The notes below the pieces were generated by a model. That model had not been told where the DNA came from, did not search any database, and was given only the letters and a program-made list of their open reading frames with translations. A stretch of 62,303 nt of DNA, filler included. It is 7 parts of 7 records of this genome, joined end to end, with 100 filler letters (N's around TTAATTAATTAA, not from the genome) between each part and the next. Parts side by side here need not be neighbours in the genome. Positions count along the whole stretch, not along the records: positions 5,120 to 10,479 come from SRR31156797_62380; positions 10,580 to 21,676 come from SRR31156797_62492; 5 more parts are not named here. The stretch is one strand, 5' to 3'. Positions within the stretch are counted from its first letter, which is position 1. Each line of letters starts with the position of its first letter. The position numbers and the translations under genes are program-made. Positions 8,272 to 18,215 of this stretch are shown here, one piece after another.

Positions 8272-10071
8272 ATGGATAAAGCACAACTCGAAATACGGTT
8301 TAAAGAGTTAAGCAATATTTTGCTGGACGAAATAAATGAACAAGGATTCTGGACGGGTGAATTATCTTCCAGTGCCTTAGGTGTAGCCGTAGCTGTGGCT
8401 GCTTTGCATTTTCATGATCCTGCGTGCCATCAATCTGAAATTCAAAAGGGATTACAGTGGTTAATTTCCAATATAAATGAAGATGGGAGTTTTGGAGACA
8501 CACCGGAAAGTCCGGGAAATATTTCAACCTCTTTGCTTTGTTATGCAGCGCTAAATCTTTATTGCAAACAAACAGATAATGTTCGGATTACTCAACAAAA
8601 AGTGGCTATCTATCTTAAAACCCAGTCAATCGATGTGAACTCGGAACAGGTAGCTAAGGTTATCCTGAATCACTACCAAAAAGACTATACCTTTTCTGTT
8701 CCGATACTAACGCTGTGTGCTCTTTGTGGCATCCCCGGAAAAGATGGTTTTAAATCGATTCCCCAACTGCCGTTTGAAATGGCTTTAATGCCTGGTAAGT
8801 TTTATCGTTTGTTGAATTTAAGTGTAGTAAGCTATGCTATTCCTGCCTTAATTGCGGTAGGCCTGGTTATCTTTAAAAAGAAAAAGTCTGTTGGTTTTAT
8901 TCGTTCGATCCGGAAATTAGCTGAAAAAAAGGTTTTAAAAACCCTGGATAGATCGATGCCTGAAAGTGGTGGTTTTTTAGAAGCCATACCGCTTACGGCC
9001 TTTGTTTCCTTAAGCCTTATTAAAGCCGGTCGTAAAAATTCGCGGGTAGTTACAAAAGGAATTGAATTTTTAAAACGAACACAACGGAAAGATGGAAGCT
9101 GGCCCATCGATATTGATCTTTCAACCTGGGTTACGAGCCTAAGTGTAAAAGCGCTTGGAGGGAAAAAGGATGATGTTTTATCAAAGTCTCGGCAAGAGAA
9201 ATTAACACAACACTTATTGTCTGTTCAAAATAAAACCACTCACCCATTTAATGGCACATCTACCGGTGGTTGGGGCTGGACCAACTTTTCGGGCTCGGTA
9301 CCCGATGGCGATGATACGCCGGGAGCTATTTTGGCCTTGCTAAAATTAGCTCCGCACAATACGATTACTGATGAAATATTGTTGGGAGGAAAATGGCTTT
9401 TAAAACTTCAAAACAAGGATGGAGGATTTCCCACTTTTTCAAAAGGATGGGGGAAGTTACCTTTTGATCAAAGCTGTGCCGATCTTACCGGGCATTCAGT
9501 TCTGGCACTAGCCAGAATTCTGAACACTTATGAGCTACAATTATTCAAACAAAAGAAGAAGTATCGAAGTGCCATCACCAAAGCAATCTCTTATCTGCAA
9601 AAGCAACAAAAAGCAAATGGTTCGTGGCTTCCGTTATGGTTTGGCAATCAACACTCAACAAACCATGAAAATCCGGTTTACGGTACAGCTCGTGTTGTCA
9701 GTTATCTTCAACAAACTCTGGAAGTATTGAATTCTCATTCTGATATTACTGTCCGGCTAAAACCGCTTATTGATTCAGGCATCAACTTTTTAATCCATGC
9801 GCAAAACAAAGATGGTAGCTGGGGTGGCGCTAAAAATATTAACGGAACAATTGAGGAGACGGCACTTGCAATTGCAGCATTAGCACCAGCCCAACATTAC
9901 GAATTATGCAAGATGGGCATGAACTGGATCGATCAGTTTTATTCGAAGAATGGATTAAAAGCCGCACCCATTGGACTTTATTTTGCGTCGCTGTGGTACG
10001 ATGAAAAAATGTATCCGCTAACGGCTTACCTCGAAGCCACAGAAAAGTTATTGTCCGGAACTGACCGCTGA
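8272..10071 (+). CDS. Squalene-hopene cyclase-like class II terpene cyclase
   Basis: GFWTGELSSSA N-terminus; QW motifs (QRKDGSW, QNKDGG, QKANGSW, QNKDGSW); catalytic-type PDGDDT. Confidence 0.9.
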   Translation: MDKAQLEIRFKELSNILLDEINEQGFWTGELSSSALGVAVAVAALHFHDPACHQSEIQKGLQWLISNINEDGSFGDTPESPGNISTSLLCYAALNLYCKQTDNVRITQQKVAIYLKTQSIDVNSEQVAKVILNHYQKDYTFSVPILTLCALCGIPGKDGFKSIPQLPFEMALMPGKFYRLLNLSVVSYAIPALIAVGLVIFKKKKSVGFIRSIRKLAEKKVLKTLDRSMPESGGFLEAIPLTAFVSLSLIKAGRKNSRVVTKGIEFLKRTQRKDGSWPIDIDLSTWVTSLSVKALGGKKDDVLSKSRQEKLTQHLLSVQNKTTHPFNGTSTGGWGWTNFSGSVPDGDDTPGAILALLKLAPHNTITDEILLGGKWLLKLQNKDGGFPTFSKGWGKLPFDQSCADLTGHSVLALARILNTYELQLFKQKKKYRSAITKAISYLQKQQKANGSWLPLWFGNQHSTNHENPVYGTARVVSYLQQTLEVLNSHSDITVRLKPLIDSGINFLIHAQNKDGSWGGAKNINGTIEETALAIAALAPAQHYELCKMGMNWIDQFYSKNGLKAAPIGLYFASLWYDEKMYPLTAYLEATEKLLSGTDR

Positions 10072-10479
10072 TTTATTTAACTTTGCCAACTCCGCTTCAG
10101 GTTCCCATTTTATTTTTTGTAACTCCAGCATTAACGAATCTTTTACAGATGTATAGCGCTCAAGGTTTTCTTCCTTAACCGGCTCTACAGGTGGTGCTTT
10201 TACCTTCAATGGATCAACCAGACTTCCATTTTTAGCTACACGAAAATCGAGGTGTGGACCTGAAGCCAGACCTGTTGAACCAACATAACCAATAACCTGT
10301 CCTTGTTTCACTCTCGATCCTGTAGAAATACCTTTTGCATATCCCGAAAGGTGCATATAAGTAGTGGTATAAACCGAGTTGTGTTTTATTTTCAGGTAAT
10401 TTCCTCCACCGCGTTTCTGGTAAGCTTTCTTTATTACTGTCCCGTCTCCAATACTCATTACCGGTGTTCCTTTTGGCGC
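10048..10479 (-). CDS. M23 family peptidase (peptidoglycan DD-endopeptidase), 5'-truncated
   Basis: YMHLS, GYVGSTGLASGPHLDF (HxH-type) motifs. Confidence 0.9.
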   Translation of the reverse strand, partial: APKGTPVMSIGDGTVIKKAYQKRGGGNYLKIKHNSVYTTTYMHLSGYAKGISTGSRVKQGQVIGYVGSTGLASGPHLDFRVAKNGSLVDPLKVKAPPVEPVKEENLERYTSVKDSLMLELQKIKWEPEAELAKLNKSAVSSGQ

Positions 10480-10579
10480 NNNNNNNNNNNNNNNNNNNNN
10501 NNNNNNNNNNNNNNNNNNNNNNNTTAATTAATTAANNNNNNNNNNNNNNNNNNNNNNNNNNNNNNNNNNNNNNNNNNNN

Positions 10580-11474
10580 CGACTGGATCGATTCATCTCC
10601 CGCCATCGGAAGTGACGGCACTGTTTTTGTGGGCTCCGGGGACGGAAACCTGTACGCCGTCAACCCCAAGGGAACCCAAAAATGGGTTTTCCAAGTCAAC
10701 GACTGGATCGATTCATCCCCTGCCATCGGAAGTGACGGGACCGTTTATGTGGGTTGCTGGGACGGGAACCTCTATGCCGTTAACCCGGACGGAAGCCAAA
10801 AATGGGCCTTTGAAACCGGGGCCGAGGTCCTTTCTTCTCCCGTAATCGGGAAAAATGCCATTATATATATCGGTTCGGTGGACGGGAGGCTCTATGCCGT
10901 CAGTGCCACGGGTGTCCAGGAGTGGTTTTTCGATACAAACGACTGGATTTTTTCATCACCGTCCCTGGGGGCTGACAATACCATCTATGTGGGGTCCCAG
11001 AACCATAACCTTTATGCCGTTAACCCGGATGGAACCCAAAAATGGGTTTTCGAAACCCGGGGTTTTGTGGATTCATCCCCTGCCATCGGAGCTGACAAAA
11101 CCCTTTATGTGGGATCATCCGACGGCAACCTCTATGCCGTGGAAACGGAATCAGCCGGGCCGGCAGTCACCTCCTGGCCCATGTTCCGCCATGATTTGCG
11201 TCATACGGGGAGTTTGGAAAAGCCCCGTCCCGTACCCGCAGGCGGGGGGAGTTCCGGCTGTTTTATCTCCACTGTAGGGAATCCCATGGGAAAATCTGAA
11301 AATGGCCGGAATGGGTGGTTCCTGCCGATAATGATGTTTCTCCTGATGCTCATGTTATTGGGCAGTAAAAAAGGGCTCCGGTCTTTTTTCACTCATACAC
11401 GTAAACGTCAACCGAATCATAGACAACCCCCAGGTCCCCCCGCAAAAAGCCGTCTCCCTTGGCGCTCATGGTGA
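10580..11474 (+). CDS. PQQ-like beta-propeller repeat protein with a CFI-box-type C-terminal sorting tail, 5'-truncated
   Basis: 40-aa repeats SSPAIGxDGTxYVGSxDGNLYAVNPDGTQKW; WPMFRHDLRHTG; GGGSSGCFIST followed by a TM segment and basic residues. Confidence 0.9.
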
Positions 11475-14061
11475 TGGTCCAGCGGCCCGGCGCACGGGGC
11501 GTAAAATAGAGGGTCCTTTTGTAACCGTCTTCCGTTTTAACCACCGGACCCGCGCTCGCCCCGTAAGCGGATGCGCCGTCGTTGTTATAATAATCCCAGA
11601 CCACTTCCGACAGATGGACCTGGTTGTTTTCACCGTCCTTCCAGTACATGACGAAACGCTCCGTCGTATCCATCTCCATTGAGACGACGGAACCTGCCAA
11701 ATCCACCTGGGGAAGTGTGAATAAGGTTACGGTTTGGCCATGAAAATCCCTGGAATGATACTCAGCCGGAAGCCAGAAGTTCCGTGTCGACCAAGTAATC
11801 CCCCTTGATCCGGTGGCGGTAATATCAAAGAGACCGTAACCCATGAAACCGGTATTCAATTCCTTGATTTTTTGTTCAATGCCCATTGACAGGTAGAAAG
11901 TGTCGGGATTTTTGTCCAGCAGGGATGAAACAATGCGAGGCTTAAGGTTGAAATAGATGTCCATGTCTGAAAAATTGTCGGCATTGCAGTCCGCTTCAAA
12001 AACCAGATCATCACTATGGTCCCTCATATCATAAGTTTCATCTGAATATATGGTGACCGACACGTCAAATCTTTTCTTAATCTTTATGGATTGAACCATG
12101 TTTACGGCCTTTTCCGTTTTGAAATCCAAAAAAAGATCGGCAACCAGATTGGTCTTGGATTTTATTTTTTTGCCGTCCATAATCCCGTAGGAAATGAATT
12201 TTCCGGAGAAAAGAGGCTTTCTTTCTCCGGGATTGTTGTTGGCACCGGCCTGTAGGTTCAACTTCAACCGCCCCTCAAATCCGATGATGCCAGTTAACCG
12301 TGCCGAAACGGATTTCCTGGAACCCCGTGGGAATTTGGTCTTTACATGGAGCGTGAACTCCTTATTGATGATGCGACCGTAAACGCTTGCCCCCTGCCCG
12401 AAGTCAATTCGGCCCTCAAAACTTCTGCCGCTCCCTTCCCAGGCCTCCTGACTGTCGGAAACATGATTTTTACTGTTCCATTCCCCCCCTTGAATCACAT
12501 TAGAAAAGGTCGCCGGTTCCAGCCATAAAATGGTATCTTCGCCCTCCAGATATACCAGATAAACCCTGTTCATATGCTGTTTCCCGCCGACATTGAACAG
12601 AATAACGTCCTCTTTTTCAAAAGATGACCAGTAATCACCCTTTTTGATGGTCAATATTGTCTCGTCCTCCGTAAGGGCAAGCGAACTTCCGGCTGATACA
12701 ATCTCTCCAACATCCTTCATCCGTTTTTTAAAGGTTATCTCCTGATTTAGAACGGGGACCGGTCTGTGATTTTCATTTCTATTGCCATTACCGTCTTCCG
12801 CCACAACCAGGAGGTAGTGAACCGCCCCGGGCACGGGGTCCAGAGGTACCGCAGCTTCCGTGACCCCCGTCAGGGTCTCCACCCGGTTGACTTCCCGGTA
12901 CAGAACGTCCACGTCATCGGTTTCACCCAAGTAAATATGGTATTTAATCCCGGAGGCGGGGGTATCGGCGCAATAAGCGGATTTCCAGGTGAGGTTGGCG
13001 CTTGAAGAAACCATCGAACCGGTGTCGGGATCGTTAATAATGGCGGCACCGGCGGTCATGATACCGTCAAAAGCCATCTCCACCGGTTCAAAAACAGCGG
13101 TGACCGATCCGTTTCCCCGGGGCAGCACCACCGCACATGGGAGATCGTTGTTGAGTATGTCCATATTCCCTTCTTTGTCCCAACGAACAAATCTGAATCC
13201 CTGGCCCGGAATGGCGGTAATCTCAAATTGGTTGTTCAAACTGACGGTTATGTTTCCTTGGGGATTGGTTGTACCCCCTTCCGCTGGAAATGCAGTGATT
13301 CCCACTACCACGTCATCCCGCTCAATCTCTTCAAGTACGGCGAAATCGCTCCCCGCCCGATTCTGCAAATGAACGGTCTTCATAAGGCCGTCAGGGATAT
13401 TTTGGGGAAGCAAAAAATCGAGACTGCTTTCTCCGGAAAAGGGATCCATACAACTTCCGCCGTCCCTTCCTTCCCCATTACCAAAGGCCAGAGGCCTTAG
13501 GATCGGGCAGGCAATTTCTTCCATGATGTTTTCATTGCCGGGGTAAGAATAGGACAGTTTGAGCAACGGAACCCTGCTGCCGAAGTATCTTCCGGTAACC
13601 GTCACTTTGCGGACATCCGAGGGATCCCTTTGAATTCCCGTAATGACCGGCCCTTTGACCATGAAGAATTCAGTGACGCGCATCGGTTTTTCGGCTTTGT
13701 CTTTTTTTGAGGGCAATACCCACAATGAGTAAGTGCCCGGCGGTATTTTGGAGGATGCCCATTGGCAGATGATATCGGTTCGGGGATAACCACCGGATTC
13801 CACCACCTTCACGGTCCGTTTGAAGGTATTACCATCTGAAACCATTTCAATATAAACCTCCGGGTCCCCATGGAAGGCATCCATCCCCACCTGGGCGCTT
13901 AAAATGGTAAATCGCGATCCTTCAGCCACCTCATAGGTGTTTGCCACAAACCCATTGGCTTTAAAAACGGAAACCAAACATAGGACGGGAATCATCAATG
14001 CCACAAGCCCTGGAAGAATCGATTTCTGTAAATTCATATGCGCCTCGTGTTTGTTTTTCAT
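11389..14061 (-). CDS. Large secreted/surface protein with InlB-B-repeat-like and FN3-like modules (paralog 2)
   Basis: 890 aa, signal peptide, GGTTNPQG..AIPGQGFRFVRW, LTWKSA..YHIYLG; colinear similarity to 14105..16849. Confidence 0.85.
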   Translation of the reverse strand: MKNKHEAHMNLQKSILPGLVALMIPVLCLVSVFKANGFVANTYEVAEGSRFTILSAQVGMDAFHGDPEVYIEMVSDGNTFKRTVKVVESGGYPRTDIICQWASSKIPPGTYSLWVLPSKKDKAEKPMRVTEFFMVKGPVITGIQRDPSDVRKVTVTGRYFGSRVPLLKLSYSYPGNENIMEEIACPILRPLAFGNGEGRDGGSCMDPFSGESSLDFLLPQNIPDGLMKTVHLQNRAGSDFAVLEEIERDDVVVGITAFPAEGGTTNPQGNITVSLNNQFEITAIPGQGFRFVRWDKEGNMDILNNDLPCAVVLPRGNGSVTAVFEPVEMAFDGIMTAGAAIINDPDTGSMVSSSANLTWKSAYCADTPASGIKYHIYLGETDDVDVLYREVNRVETLTGVTEAAVPLDPVPGAVHYLLVVAEDGNGNRNENHRPVPVLNQEITFKKRMKDVGEIVSAGSSLALTEDETILTIKKGDYWSSFEKEDVILFNVGGKQHMNRVYLVYLEGEDTILWLEPATFSNVIQGGEWNSKNHVSDSQEAWEGSGRSFEGRIDFGQGASVYGRIINKEFTLHVKTKFPRGSRKSVSARLTGIIGFEGRLKLNLQAGANNNPGERKPLFSGKFISYGIMDGKKIKSKTNLVADLFLDFKTEKAVNMVQSIKIKKRFDVSVTIYSDETYDMRDHSDDLVFEADCNADNFSDMDIYFNLKPRIVSSLLDKNPDTFYLSMGIEQKIKELNTGFMGYGLFDITATGSRGITWSTRNFWLPAEYHSRDFHGQTVTLFTLPQVDLAGSVVSMEMDTTERFVMYWKDGENNQVHLSEVVWDYYNNDGASAYGASAGPVVKTEDGYKRTLYFTPRAPGRWTITMSAKGDGFLRGDLGVVYDSVDVYVYE

Positions 14062-14104
14062 TGCCGGTACCCGCCGGAAAATCAGCCCTGAAACCCCAGA
14101 GTTT

Positions 14105-16849
14105 TTATGGTAATGGCGGCAGTTCCACCGTTATGGTGGTCGTATCTGATATAATGCCCATATCGCCCAAAAACCCATCGCCTTTCATCATCAATTTCAA
14201 ATGGTAGACGCCTAACCGTTTCGGCACAAAATATGCGTCCTGATGCCATTTTTTGTATTGTTCATCATAGTACGGCAATCCTGAAAGGGTGAAATAGGGG
14301 TATTCAACACCATCAAGCGTTGTATTCCACCAGATGTCAGCGCCGTTTTCTCTTAGAACTGAATTATTGATACCGTCTTTCCAGTCTATCCGGATATACA
14401 ATTTATCAGACACATACATTTTGTAAATATCAAGATCATTTAGGTAAGGCATACTGAAAATCGTTCGTTTGTCGTCGGCGTTCATCCATTCGTCCCGCCA
14501 GGTGCCCGCCAGATCCCGCGAAAACAATCCGTATGATGTTTTGATCCAGGTTCTGGCAGCGCAAAGCAGATCGAATTTTTGAAATTCAGGCCCGGATGGT
14601 TTGTCAATCCCAAGAGCCCACACATTTGCCTGGGGGCTGAGCCCGTATTCAAAAATCGAGTCATTGTTCCAGGTCATCTTGAATTTCGGCGCAATCACAA
14701 AATCCATATCCATATCCCCCGGTTTTTCGGGGCGACAAGGCATCTCATAAATCATTGTCCCGCTTTCATCTCTTCTGCTCCATCCATTGGCCGGGTCCCA
14801 TTGGAGCGTTAACAGGATCTCTTTTTCAAAATCCACGTCCGTTGACATATGAACGTCTTGGGGGCCCTTTATTTTCAGATATGCGTCAAAAACAAGCTCG
14901 TTTTCTTGGTGCATGGGAATAATGCCCCAATAATATTTGCTGACCGCCAGTTTCTTTATGATTCCCGTTTTGTTCCACTCAACATAATCGCCTGTAAAGG
15001 TCGTGTTGAGTCTCCCTTTTAGTTGAAAGATCCCTTTCACGGCCATTGAAAGCCTTTTGAGATTGCCCGAATCATATTCGGCCCGGGTACGGATGACCGG
15101 TTTGAATACCGCGGTGTAATCCAGGATGGTGTTTTCATCGATCATTTCCCTATGATTAAAACCATCCGCCCGATTCCCGGTCTTTAACGGGGACGTCCGA
15201 CATAAAGGGGGATCCGCGGGCAGGGGTTCAGGAGTATCATGATTAAACGCCGGTTCCATGAGCCATGGAAAACAGGTTTCCGTTTCAAGGATGCCTGAAT
15301 GAATCAATTCATCAAAAGGCGCATTCCGCGATTCAAGGTAGGTGTTCCCTTCCTGAAAGGCGACCGCTTTGATCTGTTTCAAGGCTGTCCAATATCCCAT
15401 GTCCAGAAGAAGCACGTCCCCATTTCCAAACAGGGAACTGTAGTCTCCTTGGAACCATATGGTGCCGAAGGGGTCGAAATGGATCTGAGACGAGACTATC
15501 TCACTGAGAATTTTCGGCGTAACCTTAAATTCAGTCTGGTGCTGAACAACCTTTATTAATCTGTGATTCTCATTACGATTTCCGTCCCCATCCTCCGCCA
15601 CCGCTAGGAAGTAGCCGACATCACCGGAGAGAGGCAGGTCCATGGTCACTGTGGTGACCGCCCTAACGGTGGTCAAACGGTTCTGTTCCCGGTACACATC
15701 CGAGATGTCATCCGTATGACCTCGGTAGAGGTGGTACCGCATATCCCATGGAGAGGTTTCATCGTCGCGGGCCGGATTCCAGGAGAGTGACACTTGAGAA
15801 ACGGTGCCCCCCGACTCGGGATTTCCATATTGAACACCTGATGCCGACATAATCCCGTCAAATTCTATTTCCTGAGGATTTTTTTCAAAATGAGCCGTAA
15901 CCGTGGCGTCCCACCAGACGTTAATGCTGGTGTTGGCGGTGACCTTGTCCGGGATAACGGCGTTTTCAGTCCCCTCCCACCTGACGAAATGATATCCTTG
16001 GACCGGAACGGCGGAAATTTTTACAGGCAGATCCGCGTTTACCGGAACAGGGTCACCTGCCGCGGGGTCCGTTGTTCCCGCCGTTTCAGGTTGGACTGCC
16101 ATGGTCAAATCGGCGCTGTACCGCTCTCCCGGTTTGAACAAGACCGCATCACGCCCTACCCTGTTTTCCAGCGTAATCATGAATTCCCGCTCCTTCACCG
16201 GCCATTGGGGCAGTTCAATCTCCACCCGGCTTTCACCTGTTTCCAAATCCATGCAGCTGCGGCCCGCTATCCCCTCTCCGTCGGGGTAGGCCAACGGTCT
16301 TATAATCCTGCACCATGCGGTGATGGTCTCTTCCCCCGATTGGGTGCCGTCGAACGTATCGGGGTGGGATACACTCACAGCCGGGGGACGAGCGCCGAAG
16401 AAGCGGCCGTTCAGGATGATCCGGTTAGGAAATCCCGATTCAATGATGCTTCCAAGAACGGGTTCAACGACCCTGAAAGAATCGGTCACCAAAATGGGAT
16501 CCTCATCCCCATTTCCGGACATGGGTCGAACCCAAAGCGTGTAGGCCCCTTTTTCCACTTTTGGAAGAGACCACTCACAGACAATCCGATCCGATGGGAA
16601 TCGTGAAGGAGCCACCACTTTCAGATTCCGCTCATATTTTTCCCCGTTTTCCGAATACTGGATAAACACAGCCGGCTTTTCAATAAACCGATCCATCCCT
16701 AAATCGGCTGAAAAGAGGCTGAACCGGGATCCCAGGGTCACGGAAACATCCTCACCCAACGCCGTTGAACCCCACATGAAGGCAAGGGTTATGAAAAAGA
16801 AAGCAGCCGCTATAAATCTTCCGAATTGCTTTTGATTTTTAATTGTCAT
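14105..16849 (-). CDS. Large secreted/surface protein with InlB-B-repeat-like and FN3-like modules (paralog 1)
   Basis: 914 aa, signal peptide, AGTTDPAAG..AVPVQGYHFVRW, AEDGDGNRNENHR block shared with paralog 2. Confidence 0.85.
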   Translation of the reverse strand: MTIKNQKQFGRFIAAAFFFITLAFMWGSTALGEDVSVTLGSRFSLFSADLGMDRFIEKPAVFIQYSENGEKYERNLKVVAPSRFPSDRIVCEWSLPKVEKGAYTLWVRPMSGNGDEDPILVTDSFRVVEPVLGSIIESGFPNRIILNGRFFGARPPAVSVSHPDTFDGTQSGEETITAWCRIIRPLAYPDGEGIAGRSCMDLETGESRVEIELPQWPVKEREFMITLENRVGRDAVLFKPGERYSADLTMAVQPETAGTTDPAAGDPVPVNADLPVKISAVPVQGYHFVRWEGTENAVIPDKVTANTSINVWWDATVTAHFEKNPQEIEFDGIMSASGVQYGNPESGGTVSQVSLSWNPARDDETSPWDMRYHLYRGHTDDISDVYREQNRLTTVRAVTTVTMDLPLSGDVGYFLAVAEDGDGNRNENHRLIKVVQHQTEFKVTPKILSEIVSSQIHFDPFGTIWFQGDYSSLFGNGDVLLLDMGYWTALKQIKAVAFQEGNTYLESRNAPFDELIHSGILETETCFPWLMEPAFNHDTPEPLPADPPLCRTSPLKTGNRADGFNHREMIDENTILDYTAVFKPVIRTRAEYDSGNLKRLSMAVKGIFQLKGRLNTTFTGDYVEWNKTGIIKKLAVSKYYWGIIPMHQENELVFDAYLKIKGPQDVHMSTDVDFEKEILLTLQWDPANGWSRRDESGTMIYEMPCRPEKPGDMDMDFVIAPKFKMTWNNDSIFEYGLSPQANVWALGIDKPSGPEFQKFDLLCAARTWIKTSYGLFSRDLAGTWRDEWMNADDKRTIFSMPYLNDLDIYKMYVSDKLYIRIDWKDGINNSVLRENGADIWWNTTLDGVEYPYFTLSGLPYYDEQYKKWHQDAYFVPKRLGVYHLKLMMKGDGFLGDMGIISDTTTITVELPPLP

Positions 16850-17523
16850 GATCTATGATTCCAGCTCTTTTTATGTGCTTCTTTCATTCAATGACGCGCC
16901 GGCGGAATTCGCGGCGCTCGGCAGCCATTTCCCGCCCGGGTTCATACATATGGCGGATCCTTTATAAGGTTTTTTTTAAAAGAAGTCCAATGGACATGCG
17001 GCTCAACCGGTCTCGCCTTTAGATTTTTCCAGCATTTAATGGAAAAGAGTGCGAGTATTGGGGGGCGGTGGATTTTTCATTCCCATCCAGAAAAATTCGC
17101 CGGTCCTTTTTCGTTTCCGACCGGTCCGCTGGTTTAAGGGGTGTTCCATTTTGTTAAATATCTAGGCTTTTTCCGAGACTACGCACGGAAAAAGTGGTCC
17201 CTTCGGGACAGTCCAGATTTTACATCATGATATTGTTGAAGCATTTCCTTTTGCAATTTGATAAACCGGGATCAAAATGGGTATTTTCCTTATCCAAATT
17301 ACAAAGGGCTTTTTCTCATTCCGGTTCATGCTTTTTCCTCGAAATTTTCGATGGATGAAGGCTATCCATTTGCCATTGTGCCGGGTTATTCGCGATATAT
17401 TGTGCAATACGAAGATAATTATCCTGATTGCGAACCACATGGTCATGAAACGATTTCTGCCACGGCGAGAACCCCAAACGTTTTGTAATGGATCCTTTCC
17501 ATTGTTTGATAATCCGGGATACC

Positions 17524-17547
17524 GTAGGGGCGACCTGTGGTCGCCCG
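17524..17547 (+). repeat. GTAG-type REP-like palindrome inside the RAYT gene
   Basis: GTAGGGGCGACC-TGT-GGTCGCCCG. Confidence 0.75.
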
Positions 17548-17693
17548 TCAATGTCGCGGGAATCAATCACGATAACCATGTGAACATGATTCGGCATAAT
17601 CACAAAGTCGCTGACATAAACCGTAGGATATACTGACGATAGCGTTTCAATTTCGTGTTTTACCGCATGCCCTGTTTCCGACAATTCGGTAAA

Positions 17694-17717
17694 CGGGCGA
17701 ACACAGTTCGCCCCTAC
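17694..17717 (-). repeat. GTAG-type REP-like palindrome inside the RAYT gene (inverted copy)
   Basis: Minus strand reads GTAGGGGCGAAC-TGT-GTTCGCCCG. Confidence 0.75.
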
Positions 17718-18215
17718 GACGTGACCAAACAATTCGGCGCGGTTTTGGGTGCACACGGTAATAAAATATGCACCTTGCCGGCTGTAATCGTACCCCTGTA
17801 ACCGGTTACGTTTTCGTGTTGGGTATCTGGAGGCGTTTATTTGGGTACTTTTTTGTCCTGTTTGCATGTCACCGTCGGTCGATGTCAAGGAAATTCCTCT
17901 CGGAATTGCGAGCTGATATCCGAGTTTTTATTTACAACATGTTGTCGTTCGAAAGGCCCTAAGGGCCTAATTGTCAAACGTTTTTATCCACTCAATATCC
18001 GTTGAAATGGCATTCTGCTAGACACCATATATTAACAGAAACTTAACTTGACACAATCTTGTCTGGCTGGCAATTTCTCTCGTCAAACGTACCGCGGTAA
18101 AAATGTTGGCGATGGCCGGAGTTGAAACCCCAGACGGTTTCAGTCCACCGGGCGTATTGGATAAGGAACCAGAGATCCGAATGAATACTAACAGACGGTG
18201 CCGGGAGTTGTGAAT

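Larger units (their letters stand above)
17316..17888 (-). mobile_element. REP-associated tyrosine transposase (RAYT / Y1 HUH transposase, IS200-like fold)
   Basis: RLQGYDYS..AYFITVCT, IMPNHVH (HUH), WQKSFHDHVVRN, YIANNP (catalytic Tyr). Confidence 0.9.

Noticed and set aside
16861-16980. Possible c-di-GMP riboswitch upstream of the surface-protein genes (GGCTGCCGA on the minus strand)
   Set aside because: The GGCAAAC/GAAA and GCAAAG core elements were not found
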